NCBI GenBank assembly: GCA_965112735.1
Contig: OZ218955.1
Span: 682,001 to 746,000 of the forward strand
Direction: 5' to 3'
Length of the DNA stretch: 64,000 nt
Source: Phaeosaccion multiseriatum
Lineage: Eukaryota > Protista > Ochrophyta, other classes
In this document: positions 49,016-61,918 of the stretch, piece after piece
Layout: each line of letters opens with the position of its first letter
Numbering within the stretch: position 1 is the first letter of the stretch
The notes under the pieces: model-generated
The model's input: the letters and a program-made list of their open reading frames with translations, nothing else
The model's database searches: none
What the model was told of the DNA's origin: nothing
Program-made: the position numbers and the translations under genes

Positions 49016-52000
49016 GAGGAGGAGGAGGAGGAGGAGGAGAGGGAGGGTAGGGTGTACCATGCAGTTGAGGAGAATGGTAGAAGCAGTAGCGAGAGCGGCA
49101 GGAAAAAGCCGGCCACCAGTGGATTGGAGACAACCTATGACACGCTCTTTGAGACGCCGCGGAGGGAGAGGAGGGAGAGGAGGGAGAGGAGGGTGGAGTG
49201 GGAAATCAACACTCAGGCGGACATTCTCCCTGGGGGCGTGTGTTGGACGGGGTACTCGGGGCAGCAGACAGAGGTGAGGGAGTAGAGGTGTATTGGGGCG
49301 GGGTAGACTTGCCCTTTGGGGGAGGCGATGGCAGCAGAAGGGGAGACTTGAGGAGTAGAGGCATATGGGGGGAGGCAGGAAGAAGAGCGTTATCACTCGC
49401 CTGTTTGTATACTAAGATGCCCCTATGTCTGCCTGCCCATATGCCTGCCCATGTGCCTACTTGCCCACATGCTCTTTGCCTCTCCGTAGAACCTCATCCT
49501 CACCACGTGTAAAGGCTTCGAGATATACACCGTCACCATGACGCGTACCTTGACAACACCGACACCAACATCAACACCTAAAGCAACGACACCAACACCA
49601 AGCCCAACAACACCAACGACCCCCAACACCAACAGCTGCAAGCTCATACGATCCGTCTCCACGCAGAGCCCCCCCTGTGCCTTTTGGTTCAACCCTGACC
49701 CCGCCCTTCTCCTCCTCTCCACGGGCGCCGACGGCAACACCCTCCGCGGCTTCTGGCTGCCTCGCGCGGCCCCTGCCCCTTCCAAGCCGTCGGGTGCCTT
49801 CTCCTCGGCCCTCGCTCTGGCAGCGGCGGCCTTTGGGAGTGGGGGGGGCAAGTTGGGGGGCAAATTAGGCCCCACCTCTCCGCTGCCCAAGTTCTCCCTG
49901 CCCTTACGTAAGGGGCAGGTGGCGCTGGACCCCTCGGAGGCCTCCCTGCATAGCCTGTACGACAGGTGCGAAAGGGATGGCAGAGGATGGATGGCAGTAG
50001 ATGGCAGAGGATGATGGTGGGTGGCAGTGACGGGGACTTAATTTGCGTCGAGAGGAGAAGGAGAGGAACAGATTGATCACGGGGGGGGGACTCTTGCGTG
50101 TTTTCCTTATGCATACCCTCCCATTCCTCTTGCCGCCGTTGTTCGTCCCTCCCTTCCTCCCTCCTCCCTCCTCCCTTCCCACCCAACCCAACCCAACCCA
50201 ACCCAGACTATACTTGCTTCACGCCTGCCCAGAGACCGCTCTGGTGACGCTGTACCTACTTGACGAGAATCGAACCCGCCGCAGCAACAGCGTGGTGCCT
50301 ACCTACGTGTTGGATGGCCTCTACCCCGGGCCAGTTGCGGTGAGCGTGATAGATAATTTGGTCTGTCTTCACTCTCGCAGTACAGGGTTGAGCATCCTGT
50401 ATGACATACTGAATCAGCAGCAGTTGGTGGTCCAGCAGCAGCAGCAGCAGCAGTCGTCGTCATCGTTGTCGTTTTTTACCTCATCCCCCCTCAGCCGGAG
50501 AGGCTCGAGCGGCGGCCGAAGAGGCAGCAATGGCAGCGACTGTAGCACCAACAGCACCAGCACGGGTAAGGGTAAGGGGCTGGAAAGAAGGATGAGCAGC
50601 CTCGGTACGATGATGCCTATGTCAATAATCCCCGACCCGGAGCAACAGCAACAGCAAAAGCAGCAGTTGGTGATGCAGGAGCAAGGTTCCCGTACGAGCA
50701 CCATTAGCGCAGCAGCAGTAGGGGCAGAGGTGGTGGCGGAAGAAGAAGAAGAACAAGAACAAGAAGACGAAGAAGAAGGAGAAGAACGAGGAGGAGGAGG
50801 AGTAGGAGACGGTGGCGACTGTGAGACGAACTCGAACTCTAGCAGCAGGAAGATCAGTAGGGGAGGAGACACTCCGGCGGGGACTCCTCCTTGTTCTTCT
50901 CGCCCTTCCCATCCTCCTGTACCACCCCACCACCCCAAAAGGACGGGATTGAAGGCGAGGGTGGGATTGGGGTGCACAGCGACGCCCAACTTGCCCTACT
51001 CGCCCTCCAAGCTGCCCGACTTGCTGAGCCTGAGGCTGGGGCCGTGTGCTGTGGCGGGGGATGAGGGCACTTCTCAAGGCATGTTGCTTGGAGGAGAGCC
51101 TCTTGGATACGCTGCTGCCAATTGGGGGAGGGAGGGGCATGACCTTCCTCCGCTCAACCTGCTGGAGGGGCTCCTCCACCCTCTTTCTTTCGTGGAGGAG
51201 GTGCATGCGGCACAGGGGGGAGGTAGTCAGCTCGGCAGCGGCAGTCGGAGGCATATAGGGAGCAACAGTAGTAGTCATAGCGGCAGTCGCAGTCGTGTGG
51301 GCAGCGGCGGTGGCAGTGGAGGAGGTGGCGGGAGGAAAAGGAGGGGCAGCAGTGAGCCCGACTGTGGCTGTGGCTTGACGGGTCCAGAACAAGAGCAAAC
51401 GCAGCAAGACTCGTCGGGAAGAGGCAGTGGAGAAGAAGGAAGAGAAGCAGTGGCAGCAGCAACAGCAACAGCAGCAGTTGGTGATACAGACTCGGCGGCC
51501 AATCCACCAGCCCCAACCCCAGGGTCTGTGATAGCACCACTTACGACCCTTACAGGAGCAGTTGGTGATACAGCAGCAGGGTCAGCAGCAGAAACCGCGA
51601 AGGCAACAGCGACAGCAGCAAGCCCAGCAGGAGCAGCAGCAGGAGGGCCTTACTCCGGCGGGTGGAAGTTCCTCCCTCCGTGCTGGTTACTTGACGTCAG
51701 GACATGCGTCATTTGGGAGCTCGTTGCCAATCTGCCGGACATTGTGGGGAGGAGCTGTGGAGCACTGGGGTATGGGGATGGGAACGCGCTTGGTGTGGGG
51801 TATGTGGTGGGAAAGAGCGGTGACCGTGTAGCGGGAGGGGGTAGGGGCGGATGCGATTATTTGGGGAAAGCAAGGGGCGAGGCGGTATCACCAACTGCTG
51901 CTGCTACTGCTGCTGCTTCTACTGCTACTGGCATCGACTTCAGTAAAAGTTGTGCCCGAGCGAGGTCTGTACGAAGCCGAGTGACGGTGAGTGAGCTTGC

Positions 52001-54004
52001 GTGGCGGTCCAGTCAGTCAGTGAGGCGGTCAGGCAGGTAGGCAAGTCAGATGCTCAAACAGGCAGGCAGGCAGGCGGGCAAGTCAGAAATACAGGCAGGC
52101 AAGCAGGCACTCACTCCCCCAGTCACTCAATTAGTCAGTGAGTGAATGTGCGAGTGAGTGAGTAGTTAGTCAGTAAGTGAGTGTGCGAGTGAGTGAGTGA
52201 GTGAGTGAGTGCCCTCGGCCTTTCACTTGGGGTGCCGAGTAAACTTCACACACCGAACCAGACTGACCGCCGAGTGCCCCGCTCCATCTTCTACTCTCCT
52301 CCTCCTCCCCCCACCCCTCCCCCTCAGTCACTCAATTAGTCAGTGAGTGAATGTGCGAGTGAGTGAGTAGTTAGTCAGTGAGTGAGTGTGCGAGTGAGTG
52401 AGTGAGTGAGTGCCCTCGGTCTTTCACTTGGGGTGCCGAGTAAACTTCACACACCGAACCAGACTGACCGCCGAGTGCCCCGCTCCATCTTCTACTCTCC
52501 TCCTCCTCCCCCCACCCCTCCCCCTCCTTCTCTATGCTACAGCCGATCATGTTGGAGAGGAGTGTGTCCTTTTGCCTACGGAGGGGCACCTGGGTTTCCG
52601 CAGCGTCGAGGAGAACAAGGCGGCAACAGCGGCAGCGGCAGCAGCAGCAACGCGTGGAGTATGGCTCTCCCGAGCTCAGTAAGGCGCTGGTTTTGGCGCA
52701 GCTTTGCTCGGCGGTTGAGCTGCTCCACCGTCAGGAGACTGCGAAGATGGAGCGTAGAAATGTGGAGCAACAGCATGAGTTGGTGATACACCAGCAGCAG
52801 CAACAGAAGGAGGAGGAGGAGGAGGAGGAGGAGGAGGAGGAAAAGGGGCAAAAACACAAGCAAGCCACCGAGCAGCCGCAGAGCTCGAACGGGCAGGAAC
52901 AGGAACAGGGACGGCAGCAGGCAGGCCAAGCAGAGCAGTTGGTGATACAGCAAGCAGGGCAGCACTCGACGATGATTGCGGGTCAGAGAGTTGTGGTGAC
53001 CGCTCGATGGGCCCCCGGGGGAGGGGGTACAAAGGAGGAGGAGGGTGGGGAGGAGGGGGAGGATCAAGAGGGGGGCCTCCGAGTGGAGGAGGAGGAGGAG
53101 AGCTGGGAAGACGGCTTGAGAGCCCTGTTCATGTGTGTGTTCAGCAAGTACAGCCGGTCCATGCGTCACCACCTATACCACCTCCTGCAGCAGCAGCAGC
53201 AGCAGGAACAGCAGCAGTTGGTGGTACAGCAGCAGCAGGAGAAGAGCGGAGGAGGAGGGGAAGGGGATGCGGAGGAGGGCTCCCGGATAGGTGCTGGAGG
53301 GAAGGGAGAATCGAAGACCTCCCTTTCCTCCTCCTCTTCCCCAACCCTTTCCTCCTCCTCCCCCTCCTTTTTCGCGTCTTACCCAACGCCCTCCTCCACG
53401 AGCCGCACCGGTCAAACTTCTCCCCAGATAGCAACAGGCGGAGGAGGAGGAGGAGGAGGAGGAGGCGCAGAAGTAACAGTAGTGAAGGAGGAGGAGGAGG
53501 AGGAGGAGGAGGAGGAGAAGGAGGAGGAGGAGGAGGAGGAGGAGGAGAAGGAGGAGGAGGAGGAGGAGGAGGAGGAGGAGGAGGAGGAGGAGAAGGAGGA
53601 GAAGGAGGAGGAGGAGGAGGAGGAGGAGGAGGAGGAGGAGGAGGAGGAGGGGATTAGCATGGGCTACCGCAGGACACCAAAGTGGGGGGTGCCGCAAGAG
53701 CCTGACCCAACTCTCCTGCTCAGCCTCTGCATTGAGCACTTTGGAGGTCTCCTCCCTCCGGAGTTGCTCTTAGCCCGTAGACAAGGCTCCTCTCTCCATG
53801 AGGAGGAGGGGGGAGAAGATGCCGAGAAAGAGGAGGAGGAGGAGGAGGAGGAGGAGGAGGAGGAGGAGGAGGAGGAGGAGGAGGAGGAGGAGGAGGAGGG
53901 GGAGGAGGATGGGGAGGAGGCGGCTGGGAGATCTCGGGCCCGTGTGCAGGGTGTGCCCGAGGGGGTGCCCAAGTGGATGCGGCCTCGAGCGAGCCTCCTA
54001 CTCC

Positions 54005-54050
<46 letters not shown>

Positions 54051-56107
54051 GCGCCAGCAGGAGGATCAGGAGGAAGAGCAGGAGCACGAACAGGAGGAGG
54101 AGGGGTGTGTTTGTGAGACGAAGCAATGCTCCGCGGGGGGGGCTCTGAGGAGGCAGATGCCCCTCGGGAATCAGAGAGACCCGAGGGGCTTCCTCATCGT
54201 CACTCAGAGCGAGGTGCTCGTCCTGGTAAGTCAGTGAGTAAGCGAATTGGTGGCATTCCAATATTTGACCATGTGTCCTCAAACCACAGGGTGCCATCCA
54301 TTGTATCGTGCTGCACTAACTCCGACCGCTGCCCTTTGTAGTAAACGTATAGGTAGACGGGAGAGCGATAAAGCTCTTATCCTTACAGACTGGTGGGTGA
54401 CCTCTCCGCTCCTCATCCTCCTCACCCCATCTCACCACCACGCCCACCTCCTCCTCCTTCTCCCCACTCTCCTTCACCCAACCCACCCCCCCCCCTCGAA
54501 CAACAACAACAACAGGTCTTCCTACGCCTCCTCCGCGGCGGCGGAGTGCCCCCCTCCTCTCTGCTGCGGGCCGTTACCATCTATCTAGAGGTACTACAGG
54601 CACTGAAACTGGAGATCTATCCTCCTGTGGTAGTGCTGCTTGCTCTGCTGCACACCTTCCTCGGTATGCCTCCTCGAGCGCTGGGAGAGCCGCTGCTTGT
54701 GGAGCATCACTCTCCCCGTCATCATTTCGGACCCACCCCTTCGACTTGGGCCACCTATGACCCCCAACAAGCGGGCAGCAGTCATGCGGGCAGTAGTGTG
54801 CTCTTGCCGGACTCGCTGCCGCTGGCTGAGACGCTCCTGCTGCTGGTGAGTGAGTGAGTGAGTGAGTGAGGGAGTGAGTGAGGGAGTGAGTGAGTGAGTG
54901 AGAGAGAGAGAGAGAGAGTGAGTGAGTGAGTGAGCGAGTGAGGGAGGGAGGGAGGGAGTGAGTGAGGGAGTGAGGGCAGCAGAATGCAGCAGAATGCAGC
55001 AGAAGGCAGCTGAAGAGGAGCGTGGGAAAAGACCCACTGATTCTCAACCCCACCTGTGCCTGCCTTTTATTGCTGTGTGCATTCGTTTCTCTCTCCCTCT
55101 CCCCTTGCGTCTCTCGCTCAGGCCGAGGCAGGCGACGCAGCCTTTGGAGGAAAGCAGCAGAAGCAGCAGCAGTTGGTGATACAGCAGCAGTCCTCCTCCT
55201 CCTCCTCCTCCTCGTTTCACGACGCGCTGCTCCTCCCTGCGATAGAGATGTTAAGCCGGGTCGGGCAAGGACGGCTGGCTGTGAGTGTTCTGCTCCGGCA
55301 TGACTTACTGCACGACGCCGTCGGATTGGCCCTGCAGCTGCAGCGACATCAGGCACCAGTGGGTGATGGTGGTGGTGGTGGTGGTACCGCAGAGTCACAA
55401 ATGGCGGCGGAGGGCCGGACCGGTCAGAACACTGGAGGAGGGGCGAGGCGCAGGGCACACTCTGTCGTCTCATCTGGGGGTGTAGGACCCGCTGCTGCTG
55501 CTTCTGAATCACCAACTGCTGTGTCTTTCTTCGAGGCCGCGGTGCGTCTGGCAGGAAACTCGCCTGTGGCGGAGCGTGTGGTGAGTTGGGCGGGGGCGGA
55601 GAGGAGTGAGTGAGTGAGTGAGTGAGTGGGTGAGTGAGTGGGTGAGGGTATTATGAGTGAGAAACGGAGTGAGAGAGCGAATTGCGTTCTCACAGTATAC
55701 CGCCGCACAGGAATCATTGATTTAAAACGAGAGGAGACAGGGATACAGACGGCAGGGCGTGTCTTACTCTTTTTGCCCGTGCCCCTCCTCCCTCCCTCCC
55801 TCCTACCTTCCCTCCCTCCCTCCCGCTCTCTCAGGACATTTTCATGAAGATTGTACATTTTTTGAGAGAGTGGGACCCGAGTGCCTTGCAAAGGGTAAAG
55901 ACCCCTCCGCTACCGCCGCCGCAGCAGCAGTTGGTGATACAGCAGCAGCAGCAGTCTCGACTGTGTGTTTCCTTGGGAGGAGGAGCATCGTTCCCCGACC
56001 GGCTCTTCCCCTCCGAGGAGCAGCGGTGCCAGCTGCGGAGACTGCTCGGCTTCAGCGTCGATGTATCACCAACTGCTGATACTCCTGCTTGCCCCTCTAA
56101 GAACTGA
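48050..56107 (+). CDS. RMC1: Regulator of MON1-CCZ1 (RMC1/Mic1/C18orf8 homolog), inflated by poly-Q/E/G insertions
   Basis: Multi-exon. Collinear RMC1-like segments: VCWT..NLILTTCKGFEIY, LLLLSTG, LPKFSL, SLYDRLYLLH, VSVIDNLVCLH..SILYDI, YSGGWKFLPP..IWEL, IEMLSR. Last exon DIFMKIVHFLREW ends at 56107. Confidence 0.78.
52120..52525. repeat. Near-identical ~200-bp tandem duplication inside an RMC1 intron
   Basis: Units 52120-52324 and 52325-52525 both begin CAGTCACTCAATTAGTCAGTG and differ by a few substitutions and one GAGT unit. Confidence 0.9.
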
Positions 56108-57163
56108 ATAGGGAAAGGGAAAGCTCTGAAGGGTAGAGCTTTCAATACTTGTAATTATTGGGTTTCCAGTTCCTCGTGAGCCTAGGAGAGAGGATGGAAA
56201 AAAAATCAAATAATTATTCTTTTTAACAGTATTAAATCACAAAATAAATGAGTGTCGATAAGGACAGTGCTGCCTCTGCTGCCTGCCGCTCTTCCTCATT
56301 AACTTCCTTCAAAATCACGTCCTCTCTTGCTGTTGTCCTTGTGTCCTTTCTCCGCCGCTACCTCCCACCCCTTTCCTATCCAACCTTTGATTGCGTGCTC
56401 CACCACTCTAAAACCAAAATACGGTACTGAACCAAGCAAGCAAAACCTTTAAAATTCCTAAGCTACGCTATACACTGATAAGCCGCGCAAGCAAAAGCCC
56501 ACCGCACCACCTCTGCTCCCTATTTTTTCATCATTGCATTTGCTTTCTCTTCTCTTCTCTTCATCCTCCTCCCCGGCGCCGGGAATTCCAAAAGGTCTCT
56601 CTCTCTCTCTCTCTTTGTCTCCCTTTCTCTCTCTCTTCTCTCCCTTCCTCCGCGAGCTAAGATTCCTTCTAAATGTGCAGCGCAATCCCGCTTACTCTAC
56701 TTCTGCTCTGATAAGATAGCGGTGTGGAAGGTCGCACACCCTCCCTTCTAACGATATGGCCACTGTAGCAACCAACCCTTCGCCCAAAGCATTCTTCCAT
56801 CCTACTACCCCCCCTGCTTTTCTAACCCCTTTACCTTTCTCTCTACAATTGCGATTTACCTTCTGACCCCCTCTAAACCGAGCTTCGCTGCAGCTCGCGC
56901 TACATACGATACACACTCATTATCTCATGACCTCGGACCACCCCCCTCCCCCAACTTATGTGTACAAGCGTCGGCAGGCCTCCCACCGTTGAGATAACCC
57001 ACTGACTGACTGACTGATTGACTGACTGGCAAATGTCTCACCCATGCGCAGTCCTCCTTCAGTCCACAGAGCCGCTGAGTGACTGACTGGCTGAGTGACT
57101 GACTGAGTGAGCGACTGAGTGACTGACTGACATGCCTGCCGTAGGTCTCCCTCATGGTCATGT

Positions 57164-59297
57164 TCAGTCCTCCCTCTGATCCTTCCTGAGGTCCCTCAGA
57201 TCCTTCCTGAGGTACTGCAGGCGGGGTACACTGAAGGACATCGACCACAAGGGGTCATTCCTCACAGGCTGAGGAACATAGAAAGAAGGAGAGAGAGAGA
57301 GAGAGAGAGGGAGAGGAGGGCGGGTGGGGGGGGAGGGGGGGCAGAGAGGGGCGAAAGAGGGAGAAAGAGAGAGGAAAAACAGGAGGATGAGAACCCACAT
57401 CTAAACCCGACAGCAGGAGAGCGCAGTGCCCCCACTTAATGTCTGGCTGCCTGTCTCCCTGACTTGAGAGAACCGACTGACTACGGACTGTACTGTACCC
57501 ATGGACCTACCTTGTATCCCAGCTTGGTGTACAGCCTGACTGCGGGTTCGTCTCCGAACAACACGTGCAGGTACACGTCATCGTAGCCCCACGCTCGCGC
57601 CTGGTCCTCGCACGCCTGATCAGATGAAACAAACGCACGCACGCCCGCATGCACGCACCCACATTCATTATATGCCTCTTGTTCTCCCTCTCGCCCGCCC
57701 AAACCTCCTTCCTTCTCTCCCCATATGCCTTGTCATGTTGTACGCCCCTACCGTACCTGCATCATCTGTTGAGCCACGCCCTCCCTCCTTGCCCAGGGCG
57801 CTACGAGCACGTTGCTTATGTAGGGCCTCAGTGGGGTTCGGCCAAGGGGGTGCCACGTCTTAAGCTTCTTCATCCACCCGCTCAAAGGTAGGGCCGGCGC
57901 TGATGGGTGGGGGAGTAAGTCAATGGGTGGGTTGGGTTGTTCATGATAGAAACGTGAGGTGGGAAGGGAGAGCGGCAGCAGGAGGAGGAGAAGAATGTCA
58001 GTCAGCTTAGACCCTACCCAAGGCAATAATTCCATCTCATAAACGACAACTTCATAACCGTCCTCATACGTATGTGAAGACACACATGACGCACACGTAC
58101 CAGTGCTGCCATCTGTGGGCTGGAGGCTGACTTCAGCGACGCCAGCACAGAGGGGATTGCCGTTACGTCGTGACCCCTCAACCTGACTCTGCGACACGCA
58201 AAACACCTTGTGATCTCTCCCCTCCCTGCGAGGTAGGAGGAAAGGGGGTGTACAACGCACACATGGGATAGAGGATGTGAGGGTGTGAGAAAGCGGACGG
58301 CTCCGGATGGACACCTCAGGATGCAAGGTGTCAAACTTCTGTTTGCTCTCTTGCCTGCCCCTCTCTTCCGACAGACTCCCTTGTCTTCCCCTCCCTCATC
58401 TCTCTATCTCTTATTCTTTCTCCCCTTCACCCCTTTCCCCCCCTCTCCCCATCTGCTTGCGTCGCCGACCCACCTGCCAATGTCGATTCTCCAGCGGAAG
58501 CCCCAGTACAGGAAGAACAGCAGCACAGCCTTCTCCCAAGCGCGCGACATCCGGTGAAGAGGGCCGGAGAGACTCCCGAGACCCGCATCATCGAGCATCT
58601 CGTCAAGGGTGAGGCCCGTACCTGCCCCAACGACGTCACCCCCACCATAACCACTGCTGCTACTGCTACTGACGCCGCCATTACTGAGGACTACGTCGTC
58701 TGGGCAAAACTCCTGTACTGCGAGACTCTGCACTGCCCCCACATCTCTGTAACTCAACTCTCGCAGAGTACGGCCCCGACCGATGGCCAGGGGAAGGTAG
58801 GCAAGCTTGAGCTTGCGGTCGTCGGGGGCGGCTGCCGAAGGTACACCTAACACAGTCTGGTCGGCTCTGCTCGTTACGTAGGTTGTGATTGGCGACCCCA
58901 CGTCAAGAAGAGGAAGTGAGGGCACGAGAGAGAAGAGGGGGTCAGACTTGGGAGGGCAGGGGGGCACACGGGGATATACTGCACGGGGCGGGATGGGGAG
59001 GAAGTAGCTGCCTCCGCCGGCCACATGAAAAACCACGCACCTCACCCCTCCCGCAGCTCCGTCCAGGATGGCCATCGAGGTAGCTGCGCGTCTGCGCCTC
59101 CCCGCCAGGCCTCTCCGTGCGGCCCCTCTACCTGAGCTTGCGCTTCCATTGCCCCGGCTGTTGTATAGGCCAGAGGTCCATGTCCTGACGCTGCTGCTAC
59201 TAGTACTGCTGGTGCCCACGAAGCCGCTGACGACGTCCACTCCTGACGATAAGCAGAGCACAGCGGCAAACCCCCCGCATCTCACGCAGTGCCTCAT
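57164..59297 (-). CDS. Plastid-targeted GNAT-family acetyltransferase
   Basis: Presequence VSG|FVG plus S/R-rich transit peptide; AGVAEVSL, PYISNVLVAPWARREGVAQQMM (acetyl-CoA motif), CEDQARAWGYDDVYLHV, AVRLYTKLGY, YLRKDL. Five exons. Confidence 0.85.
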
Positions 59298-59720
59298 CTT
59301 TTACACCCACCCCGTCTTCAACGTTGAGTGGACCTGTCCTTGTTCACATGCAGAAGCGCCAGAACTCGCTCAGGCGAGCGGCGACAGTACCAACACCTTT
59401 CCAACCCACCACCCCTCTACAGTATACTGCAGATGGAGCTCTCCCTTCAAGCTCTGCTTCTCCCTCCCCTAACCTTTTTGCGTACGTGTTCAGGTTTAGT
59501 TGTAAATCCTTTTGTTCTTGTTCTCTTCCTCCTTCTTCCTCCTATCTGAAGAGCCTCTGGTGTAAATCTCAACAGTAGTAGCCAACTATCAAGCGAGGGG
59601 AATAAAGATGAGGCCTTAGGGAGCTGAGGAAGAGAGAGGAGAAAGAGGAAAATGGACAGAGCCCACCGGGGAGAGGCCATGAAACTTAAATTTTAAACGT
59701 TGGCCCGAACCCTGTGACAC

Positions 59721-59802
59721 GCTATCGCCCCCCCCCGATAGCAGATAGTGCGCCGGCTGGCGCCGGCGCTATCGGATAGCACGCCCCCCCCCCCCTGCTA
59801 TC
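59721..59802. other. Second GCTATC/GATAGC palindrome cluster
   Basis: GCTATCG-C-run-CGATAGC hairpin (59721-59742), GATAGTGCG, GCTATCGGATAGC. Also contains GCCGGCTGGCGCCGG, identical to 9228-9242. Confidence 0.7.
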
Positions 59803-59817
59803 CTTCATCTCGTCGCA

Positions 59818-61346
59818 TCACGCAGACTCGCCCGCAGCAGCCATGCCGCTCTGGAACGTTCTCCAGAGCACGGAATCCCCGTTGTCGGACCATTCCCCGA
59901 TGGCCTGCAGCATGCGATGGTCGTCCAGCCCGGCCGAGTCAGTGCCCCCCGCCCTCTCCCAAAGGGCCTCCAGCGCCTGTCATCATCATCGACATCGATA
60001 GTGAAAGTAGAGAGGAAGGGTTGAAGAAGGAAGGGTGGTAGAAGAAGGAGGAGATATACACCTATTTAAATTGGATGGGAGTGATGGATGGAGTGGAGAG
60101 GTGTATGTACCTATCGGGTGTTAGGTGCTGAGCTACAGAGGCAGCAAGCGGCTCAGGGCTTATGGTCAATGTGTGCTTGCACCCTACCCCCCCCCCAAAC
60201 CACCTCACGGGGCTTCGAGCACAGACCATCAACTCAACCAAGAAAGGAGGGCCCCGCCCCTCACGCACTGGTGGTACAAAAACGCTTCCTCCTACATACA
60301 TCTTGACTGGGCGGGTCGTCGGGCTTGATGATGCCCGAGGGGCCCATGGGCATGGCGAAGTCAAGGGCCGCCACGCGCTCGCAAAACTGCTCCTTGCTCA
60401 GCACAGTCGCACCGGCCTTCTTCTCCTCCTGCCCTTCCTCCTCTCCTCCTGCTGCTGCTGCTGCTGTTGCTGGGTCTGACCCTGTTGGCTCGTGGAAAAT
60501 GGTGCTCCACTTGCTAATATGCTCTCGACCGTCGTCGAAAGAGCGTTTGGTGTACACAGGGACCCACTTGGGCTGCGCACACAGGCAGGGAGGAAGGGAG
60601 GGGGGGGCAGGAATAAAGAGGGAGAGAAGAGAGAGAGAGGGGGAGGGAGGGAGAGGGGGGGAGGGAGAGAATGAGGGGGAGAGGGAGGAAGGGAGGGAGT
60701 AGTTAGATCGGCACAGCACAGCGGACCCTCCCTCTGTTCTTCCATCACTCCCTTCCTCCATCCCGCCCTCCGTTCCTCCCTCCCTCCTTTCTTCCCTCCC
60801 TCCCTCACTCACCCTCCCGGCCTTGAGGATGTCGAAGTCGTAGCGAAAGGGGCATTCAGGGCAGCCTGAGTGGCAGCATGCACCCGCGGATCTGAGTGGA
60901 GGAATGATGCATTGTAAGTAGTCACCCCCTTCCCGCGTCTGCCGAGACCCTTCTGTTGCCCTGCCCTCAGACACCCAAAGTGGAAGGCACACCTTTGCTC
61001 AATAAGGGACGCAGTTAGTACCTGCCGTCCGCGGTGAACTTGTGTGTGGAAAAACTGCGTCTCCCCCATCTCTCTCCTCTCTCTCTCTCTCGCTCGCTCT
61101 CTCAACTCACCCGTCAAGGAATATCATCTTCTCGCTCAAACGGCCGTACAACTTGGCAAGGTCCAGCGGATCGAGGGTGGCGCCCGCTGTTGACATGAGA
61201 CGAAGTGGTGTACGCCCCCTCCCCGCTTGCTTCCCTGTTGATGTTGCTGGCCGCAGTGAGAACGCCTCCGCGCCTGTCAATGCAAAGGCGGTGCCGGCAG
61301 CTATCACCGCACAGCGGCTTCGTACCCTTCTCCTGCTCTTTCCCAT
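59818..61346 (-). CDS. Uncharacterised plastid-targeted protein with a CCHSGCPECPF metal-binding-like motif
   Basis: Four exons (first 61346-61111, second from 60891; last ends at TGA 59818). Presequence AEA|FSL; IFLDGSAGACCHSGCPECPFRY, RPKWVPVY, HISKWSTIF. An alternative ATG lies at 61361. Confidence 0.72.
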
Positions 61347-61918
61347 TCGAGTCTCCGTCATGTTTGTTGTGCGGCTGCCTGCCTTTCTACTTTCCCCCAC
61401 CTACTGCGTACGCCCCAGCTTCTTCTCAGCCCCAATTCAGGATCAGCCACCGGAGCTTTTGTTTTATTCGTGTCTGTGGAATGGGATACTGTTGCTTCGC
61501 TAGGAGGAGGAGGAGGAGGAGGAGGAGGAGTCTACACGTCACCTCGCCAACTGTAGGTGCACTTGTTGGTACTCCATCGATCCGGGTGAAATCGAAACAC
61601 GGATCACTTCCCGTTTTTGTTCAACACAATCCACATCCACGCCCTCTTCTTCTCCCGCGCCCCTCGTCCTGCTGCTACTGCTGCGGATCTCACGTGGGCG
61701 AGCCTCCGGACATTCGGACATGAGTGGAGTGAGGGCACCCGGCATGTAGGCGAGAGCAACATCCAGCAGGAGAGAGTAGAAGAGGAGCAGCAGCAGCAGC
61801 AGCCAGCCAGCCTCTTCACGAGGCGGAGGTGCAAATGCGGCATATGAGGTAGAGGTTTTCAAGGCAATCGCTGCAAATTGCACTTCCAGCAAAGTAGAGC
61901 AAGCGGAAAGAGGAGGTG

